From: an uncultured Acidobacteriota bacterium
GTDB lineage: Bacteria; Acidobacteriota; Thermoanaerobaculia; Gp7-AA8
Assembly: GCA_963822445.1 (NCBI GenBank)
Contig: CAWGHO010000003.1
Coordinates: 736,001-800,000, forward strand
Reading direction: 5' to 3'
Length of the DNA stretch: 64,000 nucleotides
The position numbers and the translations under genes were made by a program. The notes beneath the pieces were generated by a model, which did no database searches, was not told the origin of the DNA, and was given only the letters and a program-made list of their open reading frames with translations. Positions 50,851 through 61,072 of the stretch are shown one piece after another. Positions within the stretch are counted from its first letter, which is position 1, and every line of letters begins with the position of its first letter.

Positions 50851-52110
50851 TCACCTCACGACTTCGAAATGTCCCATCATCCCCGCCTCGTGATGCTCGA
50901 GGATGTGGCAGTGGTACATCCAGCTTCCCGGCCGGTCCGCGGGCATCCAGGCGATCCGCACCGTGCTGCGCGGCGGGAGATTGACCACGTCTTCCCATGA
51001 ACGGAACTCAGGTGCCTTTCCGTTGACCGACAGCACCTGGAAAAAGAAGCCGTGCAGGTGGAACGGGTGATCCATGAGCGAGGCATTCACGACATCCCAC
51101 ACCTGAAGCTCTCCGACCTTCACCGGCTGATCGTGGTGATGCATCTCGCCATTGACCAGAAAGTCCAGGCCGCGGCGCAGACTCATGCCGACGCTGAACT
51201 TCACCGTCCTGTTCGGCGTCGCGTCCGCGCCGGCCAGCGGTTCGATCGTTCGGAGCCGCGGCGGGATGGAGGCGCGCGACGGCTGATCCGTTCCGACCTT
51301 CAGCGTGCCGAAGCGCTCGTTGCCGCGCATCTTCATCGTGCTGCGGAGATAGCGGAGGGAGTTGATCTCCAGCGGTTCCCCTTCTTCGAACGGGCCGACG
51401 AGCAGTTCGACGCGGTCCGCGGGCGGAAGCAGCACTTCCGTCACTTCGATTGGCGCTTCGATCAGACCGCCGTCCGTGCCGATGATTCGGAATCGCAACC
51501 CATTGAGTGACAGACGGATGTAGCGCGCACTGGACGCGTTGATGACGCGCCAGCGCTCCACCTGGCCGGCGGCGATGGTGAGCTCCGGCTCCGCCTTGCC
51601 GTTGATGAGACGGAAGTCGCCTTCGCGTCCGTCATGCCGCTGCCTGAACCCGCCGAACTTCGCCAGGCGCCCTTGCTTGTCGGCGTCGACGTCGTCGAAG
51701 ACGAGGATCTGCTCGCGATCGACGACCGGCTCGTCCGCGCCGCGCACGATCAGCGCGCCGTAGAGTCCCTTCTCGAGCTGCTCGGTCTCGTTCTGGTGCG
51801 GGTGATACCAGAACGTGCCGGCATCGGGCGGCGTGAAGCGATAGGTGAAGGTCTCCCCCGGCGCGACGGGGCGCTGCGTCGCCTGCGTCCCGTCCATTGC
51901 CGCCGGGATCTGCAGCCCGTGCCAGTGAATCAGCGTCGGCTCGGCAAGGCTGTTCTTGAACGCGATCTCGAGCGGGACGCCCTGGATCGCTTCGATGACC
52001 GGTCCGGGGACCTGTCCGTTGTAGCCGTAGCCGGAGATGGTGATTCCGGGCGCGGCTTCCCAGTTTGTCGGACGAGCCTCGAGGGCGATGCGGTGAGTGG
52101 TGGCGTTCAT
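50851..52110 (-). CDS. Multicopper oxidase
   Basis: HWHG, WYHPH, HPFHLHG, YHCHILEH...GMM. Confidence 0.95.
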   Translation of the reverse strand: MNATTHRIALEARPTNWEAAPGITISGYGYNGQVPGPVIEAIQGVPLEIAFKNSLAEPTLIHWHGLQIPAAMDGTQATQRPVAPGETFTYRFTPPDAGTFWYHPHQNETEQLEKGLYGALIVRGADEPVVDREQILVFDDVDADKQGRLAKFGGFRQRHDGREGDFRLINGKAEPELTIAAGQVERWRVINASSARYIRLSLNGLRFRIIGTDGGLIEAPIEVTEVLLPPADRVELLVGPFEEGEPLEINSLRYLRSTMKMRGNERFGTLKVGTDQPSRASIPPRLRTIEPLAGADATPNRTVKFSVGMSLRRGLDFLVNGEMHHHDQPVKVGELQVWDVVNASLMDHPFHLHGFFFQVLSVNGKAPEFRSWEDVVNLPPRSTVRIAWMPADRPGSWMYHCHILEHHEAGMMGHFEVVR

Positions 52111-52175
52111 GTCGTTCTCCTTTTGCTTTCACAACTGCAGACGCAGGAGGCCGCCGGGTATTACGCTGGGTGCCC

Positions 52176-52916
52176 ATGCCACGACTCGCCCTTGCACTTG
52201 CGATTGCCACGTCTCTCCATGCTGCAACCGCGGCGGCAGCGACCTCCTACCAGGTGCGGCAAAGTAGGGGCGCACAGTTCGCGGTGGTGGCGGAGGGCGA
52301 GAAGATCCTTGCGACGCTCGTTGAAAACCAGGACGACCCGGTCGTCATCTACGACCGCCTTCTTGGCGTAAGCGGTGCTCCCATCATCGCCATCAACTCG
52401 CGAAATGAAACCTGGTATGAGCTCGAACGGCAGGGGCCGTTTGCGTCTGCTTCGCGCTACCTGCAGCCGCTGACCCCCGCAACGACAAAGAACCTGAAGA
52501 TCCGTGCCGCCGAAGTTGCCGGTGCCGACGGCACGCGCCTCCTGACCTGGCGCATCGCCTACGACGTGGTCGGCAAGATCGATGGCGTCGCGATCAAGGT
52601 CAAGTGCTCCGGCACGTTCGAGATCCTGGTCGCGGAGAACCACCCGCGCGAACTGTGGCTCGGCCGCGTACTTCCTCTGACGGGCTATCCGGAGGTCGAT
52701 GAGGCCCTTTCAGCGGCCGATGCCACTGTCCGACACTTCCCGTTGCGCCTCTCCCTGTCAGCCACACGCGAATATGAGGGCGGCAAGCCGATGACGGAGA
52801 GCTCAGTCGTCGAGGTGTTCGAAATCGTAACGACGGCGACGGACGCCGGCCTCTCGTTTCAAGTGCCGCATGGCTATCGGCAGCAGAAGCCGGTCATCGG
52901 CGCCCCCGGCCGCTGA
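52176..52916 (+). CDS. Secreted hypothetical protein
   Basis: Signal peptide MPRLALALAIATSLHA. Confidence 0.65.
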   Translation: MPRLALALAIATSLHAATAAAATSYQVRQSRGAQFAVVAEGEKILATLVENQDDPVVIYDRLLGVSGAPIIAINSRNETWYELERQGPFASASRYLQPLTPATTKNLKIRAAEVAGADGTRLLTWRIAYDVVGKIDGVAIKVKCSGTFEILVAENHPRELWLGRVLPLTGYPEVDEALSAADATVRHFPLRLSLSATREYEGGKPMTESSVVEVFEIVTTATDAGLSFQVPHGYRQQKPVIGAPGR

Positions 52917-52920
52917 CGTT

Positions 52921-55071
52921 CTACTTCTTCCCCGCCAGATCCAGCAAAAACGCGTACATCAACGCGGTTTCCTTCTGCCGGCGGAAGCGGCCCGAGGCGC
53001 CCCCGTGGCCGGCGTCCATGTTCGTGTGCATCAGCAGGCGGTGGTCGTCGGTCTTCTTCGCGCGCAGGCGGGCCACCCACTTCGCCGGCTCCCAGTACTG
53101 CACCTGCGAATCGTGCAGGCCGGTCGTCACCAGCAGGTGCGGGTAGGCCTTGGCCTCCACGTTGTCGTAAGGCGAGTACGAGAGCATGTAGTCGTAGTAC
53201 TGGCGATCGGCGGGATTGCCCCATTCGTCGTACTCGCCCGTGGTCAGCGGAATCGACGCGTCGAGCATGGTCGTGATCACGTCGACGAACGGCACCGCGG
53301 CCACGACGCCCTTGAAGAGGTCCGGGCGCATGTTGATCACCGCGCCGATCAACAGACCGCCGGCGCTGCCGCCGTAGCCGAAGACGTTGTTGCGGTCGGC
53401 GTACTTCTCCGCGATCAGGTGTTCGGCAACGTCGATGTAATCCGTGAACGTGTTCTTCTTCCTGAGCAGCTTCCCATCCTCGTACCACTCCCGTCCCATC
53501 TCCTGGCCGCCGCGGATGTGGGCGATGGCGTAGACGAAGCCGCGGTCGACGAGGCTGATCGCGTTCGAGTTGAAGCTCGGGTCGCTGCTCGAGCCGTACG
53601 AGCCGTACGCGTAAAGAAGGAGCGGCGCGCTGCCGTCCTTCCTGAATCCGTTGCGGTAGAGGATCGAGACCGGCACGCGCTTGCCGTCGCGGGCCGTGGC
53701 GTAGATCCGCTCGGTGCGGTAGTTGACCGGGTCGTAGCCGCCGCCGACCTTCGTGCGCTTGAGCAGCGTCCGCGTTTGCGCGTTCATGTCGTACTCGTAA
53801 GTCGACGAGGGCGTGGTCAGGGAGCTGTAGTTGAAGCGCAACCGGGTCGTGTCGAACTCCGGGTTCTCGTCGATGCGGGCCACATAGGCCGGCTCGTCGA
53901 AGGTGATGTAGTGATCGCCTCCGCCGCTCCAGGGCATCACCCGCAGGCGGATCAGGCCGTCCTTCCGCTCGGAGACCACCAGGTGATCGCGGAAGATCTC
54001 GAACGATCCCAGGTAAACGTCAGCGCGATGCGGAATGACCTCCGTCCAGTTGCTGCGCGAAGTCGCGGTAACCGGGGTGCGCATCAGGCGGAAATTGCGC
54101 GCGTCGTCGTTCGTGCGGATGTAGAAGTGATCGCCGTAGTGATCGATCGAGTACTCCCGTCCGCGCTGGCGGGGCTCGAACACCTTCAGCTCGGAGCGGG
54201 GCTTGTCGGCGTCGAGGTAGCGGTACTCGCTGGTGAGGGTCTGTTCCGATCCGACCACGATGAAGCGCTTGCTCTTGGTGCGGAAGACGAACGTGGAAAA
54301 GGTCTCGTCGGCTTCCTCGAAGACCAGCGCATCGCTCGCGGGATCGGAGCCGAGCTCGTGGCGGAAGATGCGGTAGGAGCGAAGGGTCTCCGGATGCTTG
54401 CGCGTGTAGAAAACCGTCCGGTTGTCGTTGGCCCAGGCCAGGTTGCCCGTGACCTCGGGGATCTGGTCGGGCAGAGTCTCCCCGGTGACGAGGTTCTTGA
54501 AGCGGAGGGTGTACTTGCGGCGGCCGACGTTGTCCGTCGAGTAGGCGAGGATGTCGTTCCCTGAGCTGACCGACACGCCGGCGACGTTGAAGTACTTCTG
54601 CCCTTCGGCGAGCGCATTGACGTCGAGCATCACCTCTTCCGTCGCGGTGAGTGAGCCCTTGCGGCGCACGTAGATCGGATACTCCTTCCCCTCCTCGAAG
54701 CGGGTCGAGTAGTAGTAGCCGTCGCGGAGGGTGGGGACCGACTCATCGCGCTGGGGGATCCTGGCCACGAGCTCGTTGTAGAGCTGTTCCTGCAGCGGTT
54801 CGGTGTGCTGCATCGTCTGCTTGAGGTAATCGTTCTCGGCGTTGAGATACGCCACGACCTCGGGGTTCTCCCGCTCGCGCAGCCAGTAGTACTCGTCGGT
54901 CCGCTTCAGCCCATGCTGCTCGAGCACCGTCGGCCGAAGCGCTGCTTTGGGCGGCTGCGGAGCAGTCGGTGGCTGCGGTTCGATCGCTACCGTTCGCCAT
55001 GGGGCCGGTTGCGAAGTCGTGCAGCCGGCGGCGAGGGTGGTGAGGACGAGAATCGTGGCGATGGCTCTCAT
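52921..55071 (-). CDS. ptrB: Oligopeptidase B (S9A)
   Basis: DEYYWLR, GGSAGG, DSQVQYWEPAKW, AGHGG. Confidence 0.93.
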   Translation of the reverse strand: MRAIATILVLTTLAAGCTTSQPAPWRTVAIEPQPPTAPQPPKAALRPTVLEQHGLKRTDEYYWLRERENPEVVAYLNAENDYLKQTMQHTEPLQEQLYNELVARIPQRDESVPTLRDGYYYSTRFEEGKEYPIYVRRKGSLTATEEVMLDVNALAEGQKYFNVAGVSVSSGNDILAYSTDNVGRRKYTLRFKNLVTGETLPDQIPEVTGNLAWANDNRTVFYTRKHPETLRSYRIFRHELGSDPASDALVFEEADETFSTFVFRTKSKRFIVVGSEQTLTSEYRYLDADKPRSELKVFEPRQRGREYSIDHYGDHFYIRTNDDARNFRLMRTPVTATSRSNWTEVIPHRADVYLGSFEIFRDHLVVSERKDGLIRLRVMPWSGGGDHYITFDEPAYVARIDENPEFDTTRLRFNYSSLTTPSSTYEYDMNAQTRTLLKRTKVGGGYDPVNYRTERIYATARDGKRVPVSILYRNGFRKDGSAPLLLYAYGSYGSSSDPSFNSNAISLVDRGFVYAIAHIRGGQEMGREWYEDGKLLRKKNTFTDYIDVAEHLIAEKYADRNNVFGYGGSAGGLLIGAVINMRPDLFKGVVAAVPFVDVITTMLDASIPLTTGEYDEWGNPADRQYYDYMLSYSPYDNVEAKAYPHLLVTTGLHDSQVQYWEPAKWVARLRAKKTDDHRLLMHTNMDAGHGGASGRFRRQKETALMYAFLLDLAGKK

Positions 55072-55088
55072 GGGACGCGAAGTCTACT

Positions 55089-55175
55089 TGGAGTGCGGCG
55101 GCTCTGCCGCCGCTTTCAAACGCGCCGGAGGCGCGCTCGCGCTCGCTGGGAAAGCGGCGGCAGAGCCGCACTCCA
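55089..55175. repeat. REP-like pair, family A
   Basis: TGGAGTGCGGCGGCTCTGCCGCCGCTTT...GCCGCACTCCA. Confidence 0.85.
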
Positions 55176-55232
55176 TTCGCGCCGCTAACGCCGCCCGACA
55201 CACTGGTGAAATCACTGGTACCATTCACCAGC

Positions 55233-55436
55233 ATGGGGCGAAAGCGCATGACCAAAATCACCGTCGAAGTACCTGCCGACGTTCTTGATCGCGCCCGGCG
55301 GGCTGGTGAGGGTGTGACCGAAGTCGTGCGTAGCGCTTTGGAGCTGAGGGCTGGCCAGCAGGCGTGGCAACGCCTTCAAAAGTGGTCGGGCAAAGTGACC
55401 TGGTCGATCGATCTTGAGGAGCTTCGCGAAGATTGA
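55233..55436 (+). CDS. VapB-like antitoxin
   Basis: RHH-like KITVEVP, acidic tail IDLEELRED, overlaps the PIN gene. Confidence 0.75.
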   Translation: MGRKRMTKITVEVPADVLDRARRAGEGVTEVVRSALELRAGQQAWQRLQKWSGKVTWSIDLEELRED

Positions 55437-55804
55437 TTGCAATCGACACGAGCTCCCTTCGACGATTCCTTTCCGGTGAGACGGGACGTGACGTCGAGAT
55501 CGTGACCGCCGCCATCGCCCAGGGTCGGGCCGTACTTCCCCCAATCGTCGTGTGTGAGGCGCTCAGTGATCCCGCCATTCCGTCGTCGCTGATCGACGAC
55601 ATCTCTGGCCTTCCCGTCCTGACGATTCATCCGGGGTTCTGGTCGCGCGCGGGACTACTCCGAGCACAGCTGCTCAAGGGCGGCTTCAAGGCCCGACTGG
55701 CCGACGCCTTGATCGCGCAATCATGCATCGATCACCAGCTGCCGCTGGTGACACACGATCGCGACTTCCGTCATTTCGCAAAGCTCGGATTGAAATTGGC
55801 GTAG
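55433..55804 (+). CDS. vapC: PIN-domain (VapC) toxin
   Basis: IDTS, E, ADALIA, THDRDF. Confidence 0.9.
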   Translation: MIAIDTSSLRRFLSGETGRDVEIVTAAIAQGRAVLPPIVVCEALSDPAIPSSLIDDISGLPVLTIHPGFWSRAGLLRAQLLKGGFKARLADALIAQSCIDHQLPLVTHDRDFRHFAKLGLKLA

Positions 55805-55897
55805 ACAGAGAGCGGACACTTCAGTCTGCTCGTTCTTGCCACCGCCGCGCGGGGTACCCCTCTTGCAGTTATTTGCTGTGTAACGAAGGGAGGCCCC

Positions 55898-57118
55898 ATG
55901 AAAAAGGCAGCGCTCGCTGCTTTGCTGCTCGTGGTGCTCGTTCCCCTGCAGGCGAGGGCTCTCGATACCAACGAGCTTCTCGGACTGGTGGCCATGCCGC
56001 TCGCGGTCGCGGCGGCAAGCGAGGTCACCGGCGTGCCCGTGGGCGAATTGAGTCACTTCGTAGCCACACTCAACCGCGCGAACGTCCCGCCTACGCAGAT
56101 CGTGCAGGTCGTTCGCTACGCGCCCGCCGCGCTGGTCATCGAAGACCAGCAGCCGGCGTTCATCGAATACGTCGACTACGAGGTCGACCGCGGCGTAACC
56201 GGGACGCAACTGGTCACCGTGATCGAAGAGCGATACCGGACGTACGACCTCGAGCCGCAGTTCTTCACGTTCGAGGAGCCGGCAACCACGTACGTCGTGC
56301 GCGATGACTACATCCCCACGACCGTCGTCACGCGCGTCGCCGCGGTCAGACCGTCGTATGTCGTCGGCGACACGAACGATCTCCTCGCCCTGGTGGCGAT
56401 GCCGCTGGCCGTCGCCGCGGTCGCCGACGTCACCGGCATTCCCTTCGCGGACCTGAGCAGTCTCGTGTCGTCATTGAACGCGGCGCGTATGCCGCCTCTC
56501 CAGGTCGTGGAAGTGCTCCGCTATTCGCCGGTGGTGATGGTCGACGACTACGAGCGGCCGCGGTTCCTGCAGTTCGTGAACACACAGGTCGTCGATGTCG
56601 TGACCGGTCCGCGGCTGATCGATGTGATCGACGATCGTCTGCGCACGTACGACGTGGTGCCGCGGTTCGATGCCGTCGAGGTGGTGAACGTCGTCGATGA
56701 CGACGACTTTTTCCCGACGGCCGTGACCTCGCGCGTCGCCGAGGTCCGCGCGCATCCGCACGGCGGAGCGCCCGGTCAGTTGAAGAAGCAGCTCGGCCTG
56801 CAGACCGGCGCCGAGGTGGTTCATGGATCGAGACGCGGGTCATCGTCGCGGGATGACCGGCCCGCGCGCGTCAAACGCGAAACCCGCTCGGCCGAGCCGC
56901 GAGTGACGAAGCAACGCGCGAATCGCGGCGGACGCCGCGCGCCGCGCGAGGTCAGACGGGTCGAACAACGGCGAGTCGAACAGCCGAAGATCGAACGGCA
57001 ACCGAAGGTCGAACGGCAGCCGAAAGCCGAACGGCCGCAGCGCATCGAACGGCCGAAACCCGAGCGCGGCGGACAGGGACAGGGTCAAGGCAAAGGCAAA
57101 GGCAAAGGAAAGGGATGA
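55898..57118 (+). CDS. Secreted protein with duplicated domain and basic tail
   Basis: Two DTN(E/D)LL.LVAMPLAVAA repeats; HGGAPGQLKK. Confidence 0.8.
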   Translation: MKKAALAALLLVVLVPLQARALDTNELLGLVAMPLAVAAASEVTGVPVGELSHFVATLNRANVPPTQIVQVVRYAPAALVIEDQQPAFIEYVDYEVDRGVTGTQLVTVIEERYRTYDLEPQFFTFEEPATTYVVRDDYIPTTVVTRVAAVRPSYVVGDTNDLLALVAMPLAVAAVADVTGIPFADLSSLVSSLNAARMPPLQVVEVLRYSPVVMVDDYERPRFLQFVNTQVVDVVTGPRLIDVIDDRLRTYDVVPRFDAVEVVNVVDDDDFFPTAVTSRVAEVRAHPHGGAPGQLKKQLGLQTGAEVVHGSRRGSSSRDDRPARVKRETRSAEPRVTKQRANRGGRRAPREVRRVEQRRVEQPKIERQPKVERQPKAERPQRIERPKPERGGQGQGQGKGKGKGKG

Positions 57119-57122
57119 CGCG

Positions 57123-57440
57123 ATGAAACCGACTTCCATGGCACTCGCCCTCTGTGCCCTCCTCGTCGCGGGCGCCTGCTCGAACGACGAGCCGCGCGCG
57201 GCCGCGGGTGCGGACACGAACAAGACACCGGCCGTCGCCACGCAACAGCAGGCCGATCTGACGCCGGAGCAGCTCGGCGAGCTTGGCGCTCAGATCAGGA
57301 AAAACCCTGCCGACGCCAAACGCCTTCTCTCCCAGCGCGGTCTGGACGAACAGAAGTTCGAACAGACCGTGCGCAAGGTGTCGGAAGATCCCGCTGCCGC
57401 AAAGCGGTACAGCGAGTCGTACAAAAAGGCCGGAGCGTAG
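57123..57440 (+). CDS. Lipoprotein, hypothetical
   Basis: Lipobox AGAC. Confidence 0.75.
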   Translation: MKPTSMALALCALLVAGACSNDEPRAAAGADTNKTPAVATQQQADLTPEQLGELGAQIRKNPADAKRLLSQRGLDEQKFEQTVRKVSEDPAAAKRYSESYKKAGA

Positions 57441-57576
57441 CGATTGGAGCGCCGGCGGCGAGGACGCCGGCGCTCCACACGTATCGCGCCCAACACATTG
57501 TCGTGACCGACTGGTGAACCGCGCCTCCGCAACAAACCCGCGGCCCTAGAATCGCGCGCCAGGAGGCATCTCTCTC

Positions 57577-58734
57577 ATGCGTGCTGCGCTCTTCGCTCTG
57601 ATGGTGGTTGTGGTCTCGTCGCTGGCGGCCCAACCCGTCCCGGTGCAACTCGAATCGAAAGTCCTCGCCGAAACGCGCACCATCCTCGTTCGCACGCCCG
57701 CCTCCTATGCCGGCGGCGCACGCGCGTATCCCGTGCTGTACATGACCGACGGCGACCGGCAGATCGGCCACACCGCGGCGGTCGTCGACTTTCTCGCGCG
57801 CGAAGGGCGGATGCCCGAGGTCATCATCGTGGGGATCAACAACACCGATCGCACGCGCGACCTCACGCCGACGAAAGTCGAAGCGATGGAGAACGGCGGC
57901 CAGCGATTCCCGATGCCCACCAGCGGCGGCGGCGATCGCTTTCTCGAGTTCATTGCTTCCGAGGTCATTCCGTACGTCGAGAAGAACTACAGAACGCAGC
58001 CGTACCGAGTCCTGGCCGGACACTCCTTCGGCGGTCTCTTCGCCATGCACACCTTCCTCACCCGTCCCGCGCTCTTCAACGGCGTGATCGCCGTGAGTCC
58101 GACGCTGACCTGGGACGATCGCTACATCTACCGCCGTACCACGGAATGGGTGAAGAACAAGTCCGATCGCCCGGTGACGCTGGTGGTCTCGGTCGGGAAC
58201 GAAGGGGCGGAGCTCGACCGCGAATTCGATGCGCTCAACACGCTCTTGAAGAAGAGCGGACCGAAGTCGCTCGAATTCGAAGCGGTCCGTTTCGCGGATG
58301 AGGACCACGGCTCCGTCGTCCTCCCGACGCATTACGCCGGCCTTCGCAAAGTCTTCGAGCCGTTCCGTTTCGTCCTCGGACCTCCAACCGACGATCCGAA
58401 GAAGCTGTACGCCCGGGCGCGCGACCATTTCGCCAAGTCGTCTGCGCGGGTCGGGTTCACGGTGCCGATTCCGGAGCAGACCGCGAACATCATCGGCTAC
58501 CGCCTGCTGCTGGCGGGGCACGTCGACGAAGCGCTGGAAGTCTTCCGCGCGAACGCCGAGACCTGGCCGCAATCAGCGAACGTCTACGACAGCCTCGGCG
58601 AAGCGCAGGAGCGCGCCGGCAAGCTCGATGACGCGCTGGCGAGCTATCGCCGCGCCGCCACCATCGGCAAGACGACGAACGATCCGAACCTCGCGGTGTA
58701 CGAGCGGAACGCGGAGCGGGTGGGGAAGCGATAG
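57577..58734 (+). CDS. Alpha/beta hydrolase (IroE/Fes-like esterase) + TPR
   Basis: YPVLYMTDG, GHSFGG, EDHGS, ANVYDSLGEA. Confidence 0.9.
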   Translation: MRAALFALMVVVVSSLAAQPVPVQLESKVLAETRTILVRTPASYAGGARAYPVLYMTDGDRQIGHTAAVVDFLAREGRMPEVIIVGINNTDRTRDLTPTKVEAMENGGQRFPMPTSGGGDRFLEFIASEVIPYVEKNYRTQPYRVLAGHSFGGLFAMHTFLTRPALFNGVIAVSPTLTWDDRYIYRRTTEWVKNKSDRPVTLVVSVGNEGAELDREFDALNTLLKKSGPKSLEFEAVRFADEDHGSVVLPTHYAGLRKVFEPFRFVLGPPTDDPKKLYARARDHFAKSSARVGFTVPIPEQTANIIGYRLLLAGHVDEALEVFRANAETWPQSANVYDSLGEAQERAGKLDDALASYRRAATIGKTTNDPNLAVYERNAERVGKR

Positions 58735-58738
58735 CGGC

Positions 58739-60193
58739 TTACTTGTCCGCCGGATACTTCTGCAGCATCCCCTGTTCCTTCATCAGCGCCTCGATCGCCT
58801 CGACATCCATCGGCACGAACAGGCTGGGAACGTCTTTGCCGGTTTCGGTGATGACGATGAGGTCTTCGAGGCGGATGTAGATCCGCTCTTCAGGGATGCG
58901 CAGTGCAGGCTCGATGGTGAAGACCATTCCCGGGCGTAACGGGCCGGTGTCGTTGCCCACGTCGTGCGTGGCCATTCCGACCCAGTGGCCAAGGCCTGAG
59001 CGGGGATTGCTGGCGGAGCGGCGGTAGCTCTCGACGAATTCCTTCGCGCCCTTGGTATAGATCTCCTTCGAGAATTCGCTGCTCGCGAGAATGGCGTCCA
59101 TCTTCCGAAGCGCTTCCTTCTTCACCTCGGCGGGCGTAAGGCCGGGGCGGATGGCGTCGAGGATGGCGCGGTAGCAGCCGAGGTAGAAGTTGTAGAGGTC
59201 GCGCTGATCGGGGGTGAACTTGCCGTTCACCGGCCATTGGCGGGTGATGTCGCTCATGTAGTAGCCGACGTCGGGCGCGTAATCCATGAGCACGAGATCG
59301 CCGTCGCGGAGGCGGGTCTTGCCGGCGTTGTAATGCGGGAAATAGGCGTTCGTGCCGTTGGCGATCAGCGAATAGTACGCGTCCCCCTGGGCGCCGTTGC
59401 GATGGAAGATGTAGCGCGCCACCGCATCGAGCTCCGACTCGAAAATCCCCGGCTCGGTCGAGCGCATCGCTTCCATCAGAGCGAGTCCGGCCAGGCGCGT
59501 CGCTTTCGTGATCAGCGCGATCTCGCGTGGACTCTTGATCAGACGCAGGCGATCGAGCTCCGGCGTCAGATTGCGGATCTCGAATTGCGGGAAGCGCGCG
59601 CGCATCGAGGCGATGAACGCGGCCTCGCGCGAGGCGCGGCCGTCCCACGGATCGTTGGTGGTGTCGGCGATGCGGCGCAGGGCCAGGTCGCGGCTGACCG
59701 ACATCCCTTCCGCCGGCTGAAAGGGGATGTACAGAGCCTGCGTCGGCTCATTGCGGGCCGAGCGCGAGAGCTGCTCGGCGAGCGCCTCCGTCGCAAAGAC
59801 CGCATCGACGCCGGTAAGCTTCTTCACCAGCTCGGCGTCTTCGACGGACAGCACCTTTCCTTCCGAAGCTTCCCGCGCTTCGTTGCGATGGGGGAGGTAG
59901 AGGGCCGTCCGCTTGTTCGCGCCGTTGAGGACGAGATAGGCGTGCGGCACTTCGATGCCGCTCAGGTAATACATCTCGTTGCTCTGCCGGAACCGCGTGT
60001 ATCCCTCGGGCGAAGGCGCCCCCTGAAAGACGGCCAGGTTCTCGCCGATCGCGGCAAAGACCTTGGCCCGCCTCGCGGCGAACTCCTCCGGCGGAAAGTC
60101 GCTGGTGAAGAGCGGGACGTCCTGCGCGGCGGCGAGGCTCGCAATGGCGACAGTGAAGAGTGCGGCTACAAGCTTTCTCGGCATGCGCGCCAT
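58739..60193 (-). CDS. Xaa-Pro aminopeptidase (M24B), secreted
   Basis: DITR, GHWVG..THD, TIEP, RLED; signal peptide after 60193. Confidence 0.92.
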   Translation of the reverse strand: MARMPRKLVAALFTVAIASLAAAQDVPLFTSDFPPEEFAARRAKVFAAIGENLAVFQGAPSPEGYTRFRQSNEMYYLSGIEVPHAYLVLNGANKRTALYLPHRNEAREASEGKVLSVEDAELVKKLTGVDAVFATEALAEQLSRSARNEPTQALYIPFQPAEGMSVSRDLALRRIADTTNDPWDGRASREAAFIASMRARFPQFEIRNLTPELDRLRLIKSPREIALITKATRLAGLALMEAMRSTEPGIFESELDAVARYIFHRNGAQGDAYYSLIANGTNAYFPHYNAGKTRLRDGDLVLMDYAPDVGYYMSDITRQWPVNGKFTPDQRDLYNFYLGCYRAILDAIRPGLTPAEVKKEALRKMDAILASSEFSKEIYTKGAKEFVESYRRSASNPRSGLGHWVGMATHDVGNDTGPLRPGMVFTIEPALRIPEERIYIRLEDLIVITETGKDVPSLFVPMDVEAIEALMKEQGMLQKYPADK

Positions 60194-60310
60194 TGTCTCT
60201 TTCTGGAGTGCGGCGGCAAAGCCGCCGCTCTCACTCGCGGCGGCCACAGCCGCCGCTCTCCGGGAACGCACGCTGCACTCCACGAACCTGCATCTCGAAA
60301 GGAGCCCCCC

Positions 60311-60514
60311 ATGGCCAGAGACCCGAACCGCCCGAACCCCGACGAATCCGTGACCCGCCAGGAGCCCGCTGACCGCTCGCAGTCCGAGCAGGAGCGCCCC
60401 GCGCCGAATCCCAACCCCGAGACCGGCTTCAGCAGCGAACGCGCCCCTCACCGCGACGACGACATCGAGACCGGCCGCAGCGAGCGTGGCCGGGGGAACG
60501 AGGGGATCGAGTAA
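60311..60514 (+). CDS. 67-aa hydrophilic disordered protein
   Basis: SD AAGGAG; GC-rich third codon positions. Confidence 0.65.
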   Translation: MARDPNRPNPDESVTRQEPADRSQSEQERPAPNPNPETGFSSERAPHRDDDIETGRSERGRGNEGIE

Positions 60515-60516
60515 CT

Positions 60517-60831
60517 CACCGGATTTGAAGGGATTCTGCTCGAGTCCAATGGGAATCTGATCAACTTCATTGGAAAGTTGATCAACTCCATTGGAAAAGT
60601 GATCAAGTCCGTTGGAAAGCTGATCAAGTTCATTGGGAAACTGATCAACTTCAATGGGATTCTGATCAGGTTTGATCAGATTCTGAACAACTTCAGTCAG
60701 ATTCTCATCGAGTCTGATCAGATTCTGATCAAGCCCAGTCAGTTTTCCATTGAGTTCAATCAGATTCGCATTGAGTTCAATGGGATTCCCATTGAGTTCA
60801 ATGGGCTGGCCATCAAGTTTGTTCGGATCCG
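60517..60831. repeat. Degenerate 21-bp tandem array (about 15 units), AT-richer than its flanks
   Basis: GATCAACTTCATTGGAAAGTT, GATCAACTCCATTGGAAAAGT, ... CATTGAGTTCAATGGGATTCC. Confidence 0.9.
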
Positions 60832-61072
60832 GACACACTCGAGTGTTCAGATTCCGAACATCGCAGGCTGCGGCATACTGGTCCTGCTCCTTCTCATCAC
60901 TTCGCTGTCGCTTCCCGAGGACACTCTCCAGGGTGCAACTGCCGCGTTTAGGAGTGCGGCGGCAAAGCCGCCGCTTTGGTACCGCCCGGTTCCGCCCTTC
61001 TGAATCGCGAACTTCGTGAGGGACCACGCGGCCGCTCAGCTGCGCGCCGCGAGGCGCGTCAGCTGCGGCGGT

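Noticed and set aside
60517-60831. CRISPR array or DGR template
   Set aside because: Units are contiguous with no unique spacers; no cas or reverse transcriptase gene and no second copy in the window.
58739-61027. 762-aa coiled-coil + peptidase fusion in the ORF track
   Set aside because: The peptidase has its own signal peptide at 60193. The extension reads through REPs, the antisense of a small gene and the 21-bp array.
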